Shown here: in pieces, positions 15,243-30,570 of the stretch
Layout of the letters: every line of letters starts with the position of its first letter
Numbering within the stretch: the stretch's first letter is position 1
NCBI GenBank assembly: GCA_964016885.1
Contig: OZ024743.1
Span: 225,990,001 to 226,054,000 of the forward strand
DNA length: 64,000 bases
Reading direction: 5' to 3'
From: Eledone cirrhosa
Lineage: Eukaryota
The notes under the pieces: model-generated
Seen by the model: only the letters and a program-made list of their open reading frames with translations
Database searches by the model: none
What the model was told of the DNA's origin: nothing
Made by a program: the position numbers and the translations under genes

Positions 15243-15289
<47 letters not shown>

Positions 15290-15476
15290 GTTCAAGAGTA
15301 ACCAATCTTAAAGAGAGAGAGATGGAGATAGGAGAGGAGATAGGAGAGGAGAAGAGAGATTGGTGAATTAGTTAGAAGCCAAAGCGTAAAGGCATGTGCT
15401 CAATGTGCAATATGCAGTAGAAAGCAGCTAGGTGGCTGGGTTCATGCAGAAGTTAGGTGCGCAGAGCTGGAAATAT

Positions 15477-16430
15477 TCATTAGTTAAGCAAAACAAGACC
15501 ACACACAAATTTCATAAGGAAGACATTATTAAAAGATTGTCAACATATTTTAGTTTGATGTAAGGAATGTAGCTAGGCTCATTAAAAGCCTTAAATTAAA
15601 CAGCGTTCAACACTCACTAAAATGGGATATCGTGGCTAAGGCCCAGCCGTTCAATGGACAAAGAAAATCTTGTGATCTCTGTATTACAGAAGCATATTAC
15701 ATAACTCTATCACGACCTCTACCGATTAACGATAGAATGGAGGTAATTATTAGCTGTTAACATCGAAGGGCTAATTCCTTCGCCAAATATTTGACCCAAC
15801 TTAGTCATCTAGCCCCATTTTTACTTGTAGCTAATAAGTTAAATAGCTATGAACAACTTAGATAATTATAAGTTACCTCCCCTACATTGTCTCTCAATTA
15901 AAAAATTAAAAAATTAGCACTTAACTATAAATACCCATAATTTCTAATCTCTCGAGAAGTTACTTCCCCTGAAACCACCCTCTAATTAGTAAGGTAAATA
16001 TGTCCTTTGGCAGCCATCTTGTTACCCATAGGCAGATCTCATGCAATGCAGCCTCGACATGAATACAGCTTGATTATGTCTGACAACTGATGCAACCAAG
16101 ACACCATAGTGAAAAACCAATATATGGAACATTATATTATGTAACATTCTATCATTATTTTAATTTATATTCCTTTGAAGTTCCGATGAGCCGCTCTGTC
16201 TTTTAAATATGTTAATTATTTTCAACTGAACCAGATCAATCATGATATATAGTCATCTGATCCAGAAATATCATATGGAGTAGCGAAACAATTGTAAACG
16301 GACATTATTATTAATAATATTATTATTATTATTATTATTCTCTACATTCCTTACATCAAACTAAAATATGTTGACAATCTTTTAATAATGTCTCCCTTGG
16401 GAAATTTGTGGTCTTGTTTTGCTTAACTAA

Positions 16431-16435
<5 letters not shown>
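15477..16435 (+). mobile_element. 5'-truncated Naiad-type PLE with inverted 5' arm
   Basis: 15590-15790 translates LKWDIVAKAQPFNGQRKSCDLCITEAYYI...INDRMEVIISC*HRR, homologous to the C-terminus of the 52038-53963 ORF. HHR-like CCGATGA...GAAA-CAATTG-TA at 16180-16299. 15477-15570 is the reverse complement of 16340-16435. Confidence 0.8.
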
Positions 16436-16495
<60 letters not shown>

Positions 16496-16739
16496 ATATA
16501 TATATATATATATATGTAATTCCTTGATTACAGCCATCTCTGTAAACATCAGGGAATTCAAACGTTCTTTGTAAAAAATGTTTGAATCCCCGATTTTTGT
16601 TGACAATCTGTCTCTTGTCGCGTAGTTCATCACGTATTTAATTTTACATTCGTTAAAATCAATTGTAATAATTTTCTCCCGAATTTCCTTTAACCATTAT
16701 CAAAAATATATGTCCTAAATTACAATGAATTTGTTCTAT

Positions 16740-16775
<36 letters not shown>

Positions 16776-16779
16776 TATA

Positions 16780-16867
<88 letters not shown>

Positions 16868-16882
16868 TATATATATGTATAT

Positions 16883-17095
16883 AAACGTGCTCCTGGTGGT
16901 GAGGGTTGTTCTATCTACGAGGTGTAACGTTCTACCCCTATTGGGGATTTCGATTGTTATTTCATTTTAATATATAGTTTATTTTAATTTATTAATTTTA
17001 AATTGTTATGTAAAAACCGCGCCGGCTCGCATTGTAATGTTCCATTTCTTGTACGCCCTTGTGGCAAATTAAAAAGATATCTATCTATCTATTTA
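16883..17095 (+). mobile_element. Tx1-clade LINE 3' UTR fragment
   Basis: Homologous to 30912-31125; ends GTGGCAAATTAAAAAGA then (TATC)n. Confidence 0.75.
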
Positions 17096-17321
17096 TCTAC
17101 GGGTTGGTGCTTTGTTATTGTTAATGTTACTGTTGTTCTAGCCCCCAAATAGATACATTGTTAAATATATATAAATAGATAATTATAGATTGACTGCCAG
17201 GCAAATAGAAAAAGATGTAGGCATATATTTAGGCCGGTGTGTATGTATGTATGTATGTATGTATGTATGTATGTATGTATGTATGTATGTATGTATGTAT
17301 GTATGTATGTATATAACTATG

Positions 17322-17353
<32 letters not shown>

Positions 17354-17498
17354 TATAAATATATATGTATGTATGTATGTATATATATATATGTATATAT
17401 ATACATATGTATATATATATATATATAGATAGATAGATAGACAGATAGACAAGTAGGTAAGTAAATAGATAATTACACACAAACACACAAACATACGG

Positions 17499-17554
<56 letters not shown>

Positions 17555-17589
17555 GAGAGAGAGAAGGAGAGAGAGAGAGAGAGAGAGAT

Positions 17590-17684
<95 letters not shown>

Positions 17685-18256
17685 CACTTAGATAGATAGG
17701 TAAATAGATATATAAAAGTAGTTGATTTTATTTTCCGACGACATATTGATAGAGGGGTCTATTGCTCGACCAGTGAGCATCTTACCAAAACTAAGTGTGT
17801 ATGTGTGAAAGAGAGGGAGAGAGAGAATGAAATAGAGAGAAGGAGAGAGAGAGAGAGAGATAGAGTGTTAGAGAGTGAGAGGGAGAGAGAGAGATAGTGG
17901 GAGGGAGAGAGGGTCAGAGAGAGTGAGAAGTATGGAGGTAGATATGAAATTACAATTTCTCCAACAAATTAACAGAAACTGTTTGTCACGTTACAACAGT
18001 GTTTCATTATAAAGATATATAAAACATATTTGCGCTGGCGTGTAACAATATATGTGTGTATAAATATATAATTGTATGAATTTTTGTACCCCTCTTTGTT
18101 GTTGTTGTGGCAGTTGTTATATTTGTTCTGTCTTTTCAAAATAACTTACGTATACATCATTATGATTATTAGGTTATTATATATATCTTCTATATAAATT
18201 TGCATTATTCCCGCTGATTTTATATATATATTATAGGTTATATATATATGTATATA

Positions 18257-18299
<43 letters not shown>

Positions 18300-18642
18300 A
18301 CATTTATAAATGTACATATATGTAATTATATAATATATATATATCTACATTTATAAATGTACATATATGTAATTATATAATATATATATGTATATATATA
18401 TTATATAAGTACATATATGTATATTTATAGATGTAGATATATTTCTTTATACACACACACACAGACACACACATATATATATGTGTATATATATATTTAA
18501 ATATACACATATATATATTTGAATATATATATATATATATATATATATTTGAATATATATATATATACGTATATGTATATATATACATACATACATAGAT
18601 ATATATATATACAAATACGCGCGCGTGCATACAAACACAAAT

Positions 18643-18704
<62 letters not shown>

Positions 18705-19485
18705 TATATCATATATATATATTTATATATATATTTATATATACATATACATATGAATCTCTATTTTTACAAAACATAGGTAATAATCCATAATGTTATT
18801 TCATATAATAGATTATTCTAGAATGCACATATTACCTAGCATTTCCTTCTATTATAATTCAATGTTTTTGATTAGTTCTTTGTCCTTTCAGTAAAATTTG
18901 TGCTTCAAAATTTCAATTTACATTTTCAATCTCACATTCTCTTTTTGCCTATCATTTTAACTCTCAATAAACATATAGACACGCATGCGCGCACACACAG
19001 TCGCGCACAGAAAGATGTATGTATGTATGTATGTATGTATGTATGTATGTATGTATGTATATATATATATATATAATTATGTAATTATGTATATATATAT
19101 ATATATGTATTTATATAAATATATATGTATATAAATATATGTCTTTTAACAAACATATAGACGGGAACATGTAGGCAAATGCTCTGTATCTAACTATATG
19201 TAAACTTATGTGTGTGTTTGTGAGAGTATATATATACATATATATACCCCCCCCCCCACCCGTTGCCCATATATATGTATAATGTTTATAAATATGTATA
19301 GATCTCTGTTCCTCTGTATTTATTCGTCTCTCACATGCTCATGCTGAAACAATTGTATATTTACGTTATGGTCTGTTCACACCCACAGGTATATCAAATA
19401 GATATATGTGAATATATTTATTATATTACATACTATAAATAATACTGCCCCATACATATCCACACACCCACACGTGTACATACAC

Positions 19486-19546
<61 letters not shown>

Positions 19547-19637
19547 TTATCTATCTATCTTTCTATCTTTCTATCCACGTATCTATGTATCTATCTCTCC
19601 ATCTCTAATCTATCTATACGCCCACCCCTCTCTCCCA

Positions 19638-19724
<87 letters not shown>

Positions 19725-19802
19725 TATATTTGAGTGTATATATATATATACGGTATATATATTATATATATATGAATATTATATATATATATATTATATA
19801 GC

Positions 19803-19834
<32 letters not shown>

Positions 19835-19846
19835 GCCATATATATA

Positions 19847-19936
<90 letters not shown>

Positions 19937-20429
19937 TATATATATGGCGTATATATATATATATATATATACACGCAAACACATATTTATACATATATGT
20001 ACATATATATGCATATATAAACATGCACACATCTAGGTATGCACACGTCTACACTTACGCAGTCTAAATACATAACTATATATTTATATAGAGCCATAAT
20101 AGACATACATATTTCTCTATGTTCTGTTTGTAATCTATTTGTTGCTGACAATGGAATAACAAAATGAATCTCTTGTTTACGTGAAAAACACAAATACTTA
20201 CATGATACAAAATTTTGTTTATTCTCAGTAGGCAGTATTTCTAATTAATTTAGTGATTAGCAACAACAACAAACACAACAATAACCACAAAAACAAACAG
20301 ACAAATACCCAGTAACAACAACGACGACGACAACATCATCAACAACAAAAATGGCGACGAAATAAATACAATATTAAGAAACGTTTTACTTATTGAAATA
20401 CAGATAAAATTCTGGTTATCTGTGAAGAC

Positions 20430-22840
20430 GTTTGTTGTTGTTGTTGTTGTTGTTGTGTCAGTAGCTGTGGTGTTTGTTGTTGTTATGTGGTGTTTGTTGT
20501 TGTTATAATTGTTATTGTTGTTGTTGTTGTTTACGTTGTTGTTGTGTCAATTGCTGTGGGTTTTGTTTTTATAGTTGTTATTGTTGTTGCTGTTGTTGTT
20601 GTTGTGTCAGTTGCTGTGGCTATTGTTGTTATAGTTGTTATTGTTGTTACTATTGTTGCTGTTACTGTTGTGTCAGTTGCTGTGGCTTTTGTTCTTGTTA
20701 TAGTTGTTATTGTTGTTATTGTTGTTACTGTTGTTGTTGTGACAGTTGCTATGGCTATTGTTGTTGTTATAGTTGTTATTGTTGTTATTGTTGTTGCTGT
20801 TGTTGTTGTGACAGTTGCTATAGCTATTGTTGTTGTTATAGTTGTTATTGTTGTTGCTGTTATTGTGTGTCAGTTGCTGTGGCTATTGTTGTTGTTATAG
20901 TTGTTATTGTTGTTATTGTTGTTGCTGTTGTTGCTGTTGTTGTTGTTGTTTCAGTTGCTGTGGCTATTGTTGTTGTTATAGTTGTTATAGTTGTTATTGT
21001 TGTTGCTGTTGTTGTTGTTGTGTCAGTTACTGTGGCTATTGTTGTTGTTATAGTTGTTATTGTTGTTATTGTTGTTGCTGTTGTTGCTGTTGTTGTTGTT
21101 ATTTCAGTTGCTGTGGCTATTGTTGTTGTTATAGTTGTTATTGTTGTTATTGCTGTTGCTGTTGTTGTTGTTGTGTCAGTTACTGTGGCCATTGTTGTTG
21201 TTATAGTTGTTATTGTTGTTATTGTTGTTGCTGTTGTTGTGTCAGTTACTGTGGCTATTGTTGTTGTTATAGTTGTTATTGTTGTTATTGCTGTTGCTGT
21301 TGTTATTGTTGTGTCAGTTACTGTGGCTATTGTTGTTGTTATAGTTGTTATTGTTGTTATTATTGTTGCTGTTGTTGTTGTTGTGTCAGTTACTGTGGCT
21401 ATTGTTGTTATAGTTGTTATTGTTGTTATTGTTGTTGCTGTTGTTGTTGTTGTGTCAGTTGCTGTGGCTATTGTTGTTGTTATAGTTGTTATTGTTGTTG
21501 CTGTTGTTGTTGTTGTGTCAGTTACTGTGGCTATTGTTGTTATAGTTGTTATTGTTGTTATTGTTGTTGCTGTTGTTGTTGTTGTGTCAGTTGCTGTGGC
21601 TATTGTTGTTGTTATAGTTGTTATTGTTGTTATTGTTGTTGCTGTTGTTGTTGTTGTGTCAGTTGCTGTGGCTATTGTTGTTATAGTTGTTATTGTTGTT
21701 ATTGTTGTTGCTGTTGTTGTTGTTGTGTCAGTTGCTGTGGCTATTGTTGTTGTTATAGTTGTTATTGTTGTTGCTGTTGTTGTTGTTGTGTCAGTTACTG
21801 TGGCTATTGTTGTTGTTATAGTTGTTATTGTTGTTATAGTTGTTATTGTTGTTATAGTTGTTATTGTTGTTATAGTTGTTATTGTTGTTGCTGTTGTTGT
21901 TGTTGTGTCAGTTACTGTGGCTATTGTTGTTATAGTTGTTATTGATGTTATTGTTGTTGCTGTTGTTGTTGTTGTGTCAGTTGCTGTGGCTATTGTTGTT
22001 GTTATAGTTGTTATTGTTGTTATTGTTGTTGCTGTTGTTGTTGTTGTTGTGTCAGTTGCTGTGGCTATTGTTGTTGTTATAGTTGTTATTGTTGTTGCTG
22101 TTGTTGTTGTTGTGTCAGTTACTGTGGCTATTGTTGTTGTTATAGTTGTTATTGTTGTTATAGTTGTTATTGTTGTTATTGTTGTTATTGTTGTTGCTGT
22201 TGTTGTTGTTGTGTCAGTTACTGTGGCTATTGTTGTTATAGTTGTTATTGTTGTTATTGTTATTGCTGTTGTTGTTGTTGTGTCAGTAACTGTGGCTATT
22301 GTTGTTGTTATAGTTGTTATTGTTGTTATTGTTGTTGCTGTTAATGTTGTTGTGTCAGTTGCTGTGGCTATTGTTGTTGTTATAGTTGTTATTGTTGTTA
22401 TTGTTGTTGTTGTTGTTGTGTCAGTTGCTGTGGCTATTGTTGTTGTTATAGTTGTTATTGTTGTTATTGTTGTTGCTGTTGTTGTTGTTGTGTCAGTTAC
22501 TGTGGCTATTGTTGTTGTTATAGTTGTTATTGTTGTTATTGTTGTTGTTGTTGTTGTGTCAGTTGCTGTGGCTATTGTTGTTGTTATAGTTGTTATTGTT
22601 GTTATTGTTGTTGTGTCAGTTGCTGTGGCTATTGTTGTTGTTATAGTTGTTATTGTTGTTATTGTTGTTGCTGTTGTTGTTGTTGTGTCAGTTGCTGTGG
22701 CTATTGTTGTTGTTATAGTTGTTATTGTTGTTATTGTTGTTGCTGTTGTTGCTATTGTATCAGTTGCTATGGCTTTTGTTATTATAGTTGTTATTGTTGT
22801 TGCTGTTGCTGTTGTTGTTGTTGCTGTTGCTGTTGTTGCT
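20430..22840. repeat. (GTT)n-derived minisatellite, unit ~55-75 bp anchored on GTGTCAGTT(G/A)CTGTGGCTATTG
   Basis: About 35 tandem units varying in multiples of 3 nt; explains the long Thr-, Val- and Cys-rich ORFs. Confidence 0.93.
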
Positions 22841-23340
22841 GGAGGTAGTAATGTTACCGTTGTCGTGTTACAAGCCCTCCCCCCACGTACCCCCACTCGA
22901 TGAAAGCTTTCTCATCCACAGAAGAAAAGGTGCGAAATGATAGCCTACATGTGATAACGACGACGATGATGATAAGGATGAGGATGATAATGGCGATAAT
23001 GATGATGACGATGGTAATGATGATTATGTCAACGACGATGGAAATTACGATGATTATGATGATGATTATGATGCTGCTAATTGATAATGATGATGATTAT
23101 AGTGACGATATTGGTGATAATAGTGACAAAGATGATAACGATAATGATGATGATGGTAATGATGACGATATACTTTTCGAGAATGTTGAGTATGAAATCT
23201 TGGTGAATGGCAGAAGCTTACACGTGAAAGAGTAAACTTAACAGTTTATCAAGTATATTAATGGGCATATTAAGAGTAAGTTAACAGACACAGTTAAAAA
23301 TAACAAATATATGGGCTTGAGATTTTAGGAGAGAAATAAT

Positions 23341-23527
23341 TATTTCTACTTTTGGTATAAGGCCAGCAATTACCCAGTACATTACTGGTACTTTATTTTA
23401 TCGACCCCGTAAGGATGAAAGGTAAAGTTAACCTCGGCAGGATTTGAACTCAGATCATAAAGGGCGGTAACTCTTTGCTGTAAAGCATGGCGTCCGACCC
23501 TCTACCGATACTGTCAATCCACCGCGC
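23341..23527 (-). mobile_element. SINE family A, full length
   Basis: 17 bp TSD TTTAGGAGAGAAATAAT at 23324-23340 and 23528-23544; B-box-like GAGTTCAAATCC on the minus strand. Confidence 0.9.
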
Positions 23528-24469
23528 TTTAGGAGAGAAATAATGAAAATTAAAATACATTGATAGATTTTGGCTACAAAACAGTAATTAGGATCAGTAA
23601 AATTATATATATATATATATATATATAAAGGGTGTTAGAAGGTAAGGAGACACAAACAAGAGGTGGACAGTCTCCCTTCAGTCAGTAGTTTACTACCTAC
23701 GGGTCACGGATGAGAGCGAGAGAGAGAGAGAGGAAGAGAGAGAAAAAGAGAGAGGAAGTCTGCGGTGCTGAGACCGAGGAGAACAATAATCATGGGTGTA
23801 CTCAATGCATAAGGAGAAACCGCTTGGTGACGCTGTCAGAATTTTACCTATCTCTGTATACATATAGCGAGGCAGTCGATCGACAAGATCCCAGACCTCA
23901 TTAGTCAAATCGGATTGAAGAAACAATGTTTCCATTGGTCTTTCCAATTGCTAATACAGGGTGGCCACTGAAAAACTTGTTCGTTTTCAATTCTTTATAA
24001 TTTCTTTTTTTTTTGCAGGTTATTGAGCATCCCCTGTTTTTTTTCACACATAATACTGAAAAAATTCCATTACTTATACTAGCAGAAAAATCATCTTTCG
24101 GCTGGTTTTCTGCTAGCATGTGTAGTGTGCATGTTGATATTATACGCAAGTATATATGCAAGTATATATACATCAAATAAAATCGTAATTGACAATATGC
24201 ACAGAAATTGAACGAAGACTGAGTTACACTCTCTTATGTAATCAATAACGTAATCCATGATACATTAAAAAAAGACGATATTATATATAAACTTCATTAG
24301 GAGAAAATTAGTGACGGAAATATATGAATGTTTATTTAAGCGATCGCTAACCGGAAGTGTTGAAAATTTTAAAGAAGTGAATCTTTGAATAAGCAATAAC
24401 ATATATTTAATCAACATCGACGAAATTTAGTAGATAAATTATGTAATATTCATTCATTATTTATTCAAA

Positions 24470-24601
24470 GTACCGCCGAGGATAACTTTGCCTTTCATCC
24501 TTACGGGGTCGATAAAATAAAGTACCAGTCACGCACTGGAGTCAATTTCATCGACTTTTCCCTCCCCTACAAATTGCTGGCCTTGTGCCTAAATAAGAAA
24601 C
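24470..24601 (+). mobile_element. SINE family A, 5'-truncated
   Basis: Family A core; 15 bp TSD CATTATTTATTCAAA at 24455-24469 and 24602-24616. Confidence 0.85.
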
Positions 24602-24824
24602 CATTATTTATTCAAATTAATCCAACTTATTTTACTAACTGGATTAAAAGTAATAAACCGTACGCAGGCCCGTACTCCTTACTCTATTATAGTTTAGATT
24701 TCCAAATAAAATAACAAAAAAAACAAAACATTTGGTTGTAAAAATTACTTTTGTTTTATATCATTCAGTCTTTCAGTGGCCATTCTATACTATCTACCGG
24801 TCGCAAATCCAGGTAGAAGGAACA

Positions 24825-24912
24825 ACGTGAAATAAGGTGTCTTGCTCAAGGACATAACGCATCGCTCGGTCCGGGAATCGAACTCACAACCTCACGATTG
24901 AGAATCCAATTC
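24825..24912 (-). mobile_element. SINE family B fragment
   Basis: Reverse strand GTGAGTTCGATTCCCGG (B box) followed by TGTCCTTGAGCAAGACAC. Confidence 0.7.
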
Positions 24913-24914
24913 CA

Positions 24915-25082
24915 ATGGTTTCAGATTTAGGCGCAAGGCCAACCATTTTAGGGGAGGGAAAGTCGATTAAATGGACCCCAGTACATTACTGGTACTTTAT
25001 TTTATCGACCCCGTAAGGATGAAAGGCAAAGCTAACCTCGACAGGATTTGAATTCAGAACGTAAAGGCCATAACTCCATGCA
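24915..25082 (-). mobile_element. SINE family A
   Basis: Family A core in reverse complement. Confidence 0.82.
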
Positions 25083-25317
25083 TAACAATATACATTTTTT
25101 TAAAAAATTACAAATACTACTCGTCTCTGGGATTGTGCGCGCTAACGTGGATATTTATTACGAAATTCAGTTATAATATATCTATCGATATATATGTATA
25201 TATGCCCCCCCCCCTTTCTCCTCATTCCCCCCCCCCCCCCTCTCTCTCCAACATTCTCTCTTCCTCCATATATATAGACAGTTGAAAATTGCAAACTTGA
25301 CTGTCACCATATAATAT

Positions 25318-25354
25318 GAACCTGAAGATTGCGAAAGCATGAAAGTACTTGTTC
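25318..25354 (+). ncRNA. Minimal type I hammerhead ribozyme (PLE pLTR remnant)
   Basis: GAAC-CTGAAGA-T-TGC gaaa GCA-T-GAAA-GTAC-TT-GTTC; intact core, perfect stem I, palindromic stem III. Confidence 0.8.
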
Positions 25355-25523
25355 AATTAACACTTAACATTTAATATTCTACCATACTATTTCATTCTAA
25401 TACCATTATAAATTTTAAACGATTGTAAATAAAACGAGTAAATCAGACAAAGTTGGAATTCCTTTTATTAATATAATCTTCTATACACACTCATACACAT
25501 CCGAGTATATTTATCTCTCTCGT

Positions 25524-25609
<86 letters not shown>

Positions 25610-25739
25610 AAAAAGAAAGTGTGGTAAGGAACCAAGTGACTATAACGCACCAGAGTACTCGATACTGAGGGTAATAGAGTCGATAATATATATATATATA
25701 TATACATGAGTATCAACAGAAAGTGATATCAATAATACA

Positions 25740-26125
25740 ATGGTTTATGATTAAGGCACACTTTTTTGTGGTGGTGGTGGTGGGGTGGGGTGGGGGTCAA
25801 TTAAATCGACACCAATGCATTACTTTATTTATCGACCTCGAAAGGATGAAAAGCAATCCTAAGCTCCGCGCGATTTGAACTCAGAACATAAAGGGATGTT
25901 ACTCTATACCCCAAAGCATGTTATCCGACTCTCTACTGATACGCAGTAATATAATGGTTTCTTATATAGGCACAAGGCCAGCAATTTTGGGGGAGAGGAC
26001 AGTCGATTAAATCGACCCCAGTGCGTGACTGGTACTTTATTTTATCGACCCCGTAAGGATGAAAGGCAAAGTTAATCTCGGCGGGATTTGAACACAGATC
26101 ATAAAGGGCCGTAAATCTATGCTGA
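25740..26125 (-). mobile_element. Two tandem SINE family A copies
   Basis: Family A cores at ~25820-25890 (decayed) and ~26010-26095. Confidence 0.8.
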
Positions 26126-26206
26126 TACTCTGTAATATAATAAAAACTATACATTATACTCTGTTTTGGTATTGAACACTCCTTTCACCAGTCTGCAAAT
26201 CCAATG

Positions 26207-26792
<586 letters not shown>

Positions 26793-26941
26793 TTCCGTGC
26801 TGTTTCCATTCTTACTTTTTCTATAACCTTTGATTTGTATAGAACTTTACCTCCTTTCAACTATATCTATATATATGTATACATATATACATTTATATAA
26901 TATATATATATATATACATACCTTTCATTTATATATATATA

Positions 26942-26984
<43 letters not shown>

Positions 26985-27048
26985 TTCATATATATATATA
27001 TATAAATATATGTGTATGTTTATATACACAAACATATATATATATGCA

Positions 27049-27120
<72 letters not shown>

Positions 27121-27608
27121 CATAATGGGTGTTGCCTCAATTTGCTGACAGATGATTATTAAAACTATTATTTCAAGAAACCTTTATGCAGCATTTCAAT
27201 TTAAATGATTGCTATTTTCACTTTAAACACTGACAGACAATTGCGAAAAATGAATCTTAATAATTATGTTCCGTAATTATGTATATATGGCTAAAAATCA
27301 CAAAACTAAATGAAAAGATAAATGGACCAAAACAATATTAAATATTCAAATGACTGTTGTTTTCTAGAAATTGCCATAAATATGTCATGTTTGCAGTGTT
27401 TTAAATGTGTATGGGCCTCCATATAAATATTCACACCAATTAAGAGCAACATATAAAGTTTGACATTTCAGTGCGATTTGAAAGGAACTGACATTGTTAA
27501 TATTCCTCTGTTTCTTTCTCTCTCTATCTATCTATCTATCAATCTATCTATCTATCTATCTAGCTATCTACACCCCCCCCCCCTTCTCTCGCTCTCTCTC
27601 TCTATCTA

Positions 27609-27694
<86 letters not shown>

Positions 27695-30515
27695 AGAATT
27701 TAGTAAGGTTCTAGCTGCGGATAGGAATAGGAAGGAAAGGGAGCTAATAGATAGAGTAGAAGAGGCTATTAGAAGCGGCGACGTGGCCAGAGTGCTAGCG
27801 TCGAGAACGGCTTTGAGCCAGTTTTTCGACGCGAAGCACGAAGGCTGCGTTGTCCGAAGTAAAATACTTGCTCTAGGGAACGAGGGGACCAAAGCTGTTG
27901 GCTGGGCCCGCGTGACAGAGGCCAACAGTGGAACTAAATCCACCATCCGGTCTTTGCGAGACCTGGATGGACGGGCGATTCCTGAGCCTAAGCAGATGTG
28001 TGAGGCCTTTCAAAGGCACTTTGCCCGACTGTTCGGGAGGGGCGGGGAGCCGGTTGGGAACGTGGACTTCGGTCCATACCTCGACGACCTGCCACGCCTC
28101 TCGGACAGGGAGGCGAAGTCCTGCGAGGAGCCGATTTCGGCCGCTGAGATAGAGGACGTGCTGAGCCAATGCGGCAAACGCAAATCCCCGGGTCTCGATG
28201 GTCTTCCTTACGAATTATATCTAGCTATTCCGGACTTGTTCCCCGATCTCCTCGAGGCGGTCTACTGCAACTGGCAACAGAACTGGAGAATTCCCTGTAC
28301 TGTGACCAAGGGCGTAGTCATGCTAGTGAGGAAGGACGAGAACAAGGGGGACGAAATAAGTAACTTCAGGCCCATAACTCTGCTAAATACAGAGTTACAG
28401 ATGTTGGCCAAGGTGCTAGCAAAGAGGTTGGCGCTTGTCGTGGGCAACCTGGTGGGAGATGCGCAGACATGCGCTATCCCGTCCAGGTCCATCCATGACA
28501 ACCTCCACCTCATGCGATACATCATAGAGAGGGTTGGGAACGAACCCGGCTTTGGTGGGGCTCTGATCAACTTGGATCAATCTAAGGCGTTCGATAGGGT
28601 CGACCATGGTTACCTGGATGCGGTGCTAGCGGCGGCAGGCTTCGGACCCGTTTTCAGGGGCTGGATCACTGCTATGCACAGCAGCCGCATCTGCTCTAGG
28701 GTCAAGGTGAACGGCTACCTCTCGGAGCCGTTCAAAATCGGGCGGTCCATCCGACAAGGGTGCCCTCTCCTCCCTTCTGTATGTGTTGACTCTCGAGCCA
28801 CTACTGCGGAAGTTGGAGTTGTTGCAGGGCATCCCTTTGGAACCGGGATTGCGGAAAGCGGTGTCGGCCTACGCCGATGACGTGACAGTAATGGTGTCGA
28901 CGGCCTCCGAAATCGAGGCGGTCGGCACCTTACTGGAGGAGTACGAAAGGTTCACAGGGGCTAAGCTGAACCAGGACAAGTCGATCGGTTTGCAACTCGG
29001 CACGTGGAGGGGCAGACCGATGCCCTCCGATGGCGTCGTCGGACGCTGGACGGAGGGCCCGGTGAAGTTGCTCGGGGTCTGGTTCGGACGGGACCTCCAG
29101 GTGGAGAAAAACTGGGCGGAGGTTACGAACAGGGTGTTTGCACTGACCCAGAAGTGGGCCAGTTGCAAACTATCCCTGAAAGGTCGGGCGGAGGTGGCGA
29201 ACACCTACATAGCGTCCGTCATCTACTACCGCCTGACCGTAGTGCCCTGCCCAAGGGAAACCCTCACCAAGATGGAGCGCGCACTCTTCCAATTCCTTTG
29301 GAAGAGGCGGGCTCCTATGGTGAGGAGATCCATCTGCTGTCAACACCCTTCGAAAGGAGGGCTGGGGATGCCGTGGCTAATGATGCGTAAACACGCATTA
29401 AGGCTACGGCACCTCTACGTATTCGTCACCGGTCAACCGGTGTGGGCCTCGTTTGTGAGACGAACCTTTCCCAGACTCGTCTCACTCACCGAGCTGCAAT
29501 CCTGGGTCAAGCAAAGACCGAGAAAACTGGGCGCCTTGCACACTGAGTGTGCCCAGGCGCTCCCGCCCTCTGGCAGGCGGATCCGGTTATCAGTGGAGAC
29601 TCCACCGCAACATTCTATAGTGGGCTGGTACGCAGCAGGTGCGACGACGCCCTCGGAGAAGCCCTAGACACGGAGGAGGACGAACTGGCCAGCCTGTTCG
29701 GTAGGACATTCAGCCCGGGACCTATGGACAACTTCCAGAAGTCTCTGGCCTGGCAGTGCTACCGAGGGGCTTTACCCGTTCAAGAAAGTCTCTATAGACA
29801 CGGGCGCCCGGGTAGGGACCCCGCCAAAAAGATCTGTCCCAGATGCGTGTGCGACGAGGAAACCGTTGCACACGCATTGGTACACTGCTCGGGCGTAGCC
29901 GATCTGTGGGGCTATGTCGAACAACTGCTGTCAAGAGTGGGACCGATCCGGTTGACCACCGAGTCTATTGTAATGATCAAGCCGCCTCCCCCCTTCAAAG
30001 ATGAAGCAGAGGCGGTGTTTCTGTGCGTAATAGCCATGGCGAAAGAGGTTGTATGGTGGACGCGTCTGAAAGGACTGAGGTCAGGCACCTTTCTCTCTGG
30101 CCAACAACTGGTCCGTTTCTTCCGATATCATTTCGGAAGAATGATCAGGATGGAGAGAGACGTGCTCCACCCCAGTCGTTTTTATGAAAGGTGGGTGAAA
30201 GTGGCGAGAATGGCCCGTGTGAATGGGCCTTCACTTTACATAAGCCTGTAGGTGGAAAAGAGGAAGGAACGAGGGAGCACCCCCTCTCTGTGCTCCTGAG
30301 GAAAAGGGTTGCACACTTTTTTCGGGGGTGTGTGCGACCCCCCAAGGCGCCTCCTCTCTATTGAGGATTTTGTTATAAATTTTATTTTTTGTTATATTTT
30401 ATTTTATTTTTATATTTTGTTATTGCCTCCTCCTTATTGAGGACGCCTCTTTGTGTAAACTCCCCCCTTTGTACTTGTCCCACTTTTGATGCCCTGGTGG
30501 CAAATAAAAGAAACA
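27695..30515 (+). mobile_element. Tx1-clade LINE copy 1, 5'-truncated (RT + C-terminal Cys/His domain, two frameshifts)
   Basis: KSPGLDG, NFRPITLLN, LDQSKAFDRV, IRQGCPL, AYADD, CPRC..DEETVAHALVHC; flanked by (TATC)n. Confidence 0.93.
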
Positions 30516-30570
30516 TATCTATCTATCTATCTATCTATCTAGCTATCTATCTATCTATCCACATATCTAT

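Noticed and set aside
15752-15765. In-frame stop in the Naiad fragment as selenocysteine
   Set aside because: The codon is TAA, not TGA, and is not at a Cys position.
16427-20067. Many YIYIYI, VCVC and THTH ORFs here and elsewhere in the window
   Set aside because: Dinucleotide and tetranucleotide microsatellite artefacts.
20474-22903. 809 aa Val/Cys-rich and 367 aa Cys-rich (keratin-associated or metallothionein-like) ORFs
   Set aside because: Translations of a (GTT)n minisatellite that is open in several frames; no unique domain.
23958-24035. TA-CAGGGTGGCC Tc1-like terminus
   Set aside because: No matching inverted terminus with a TA duplication was found.
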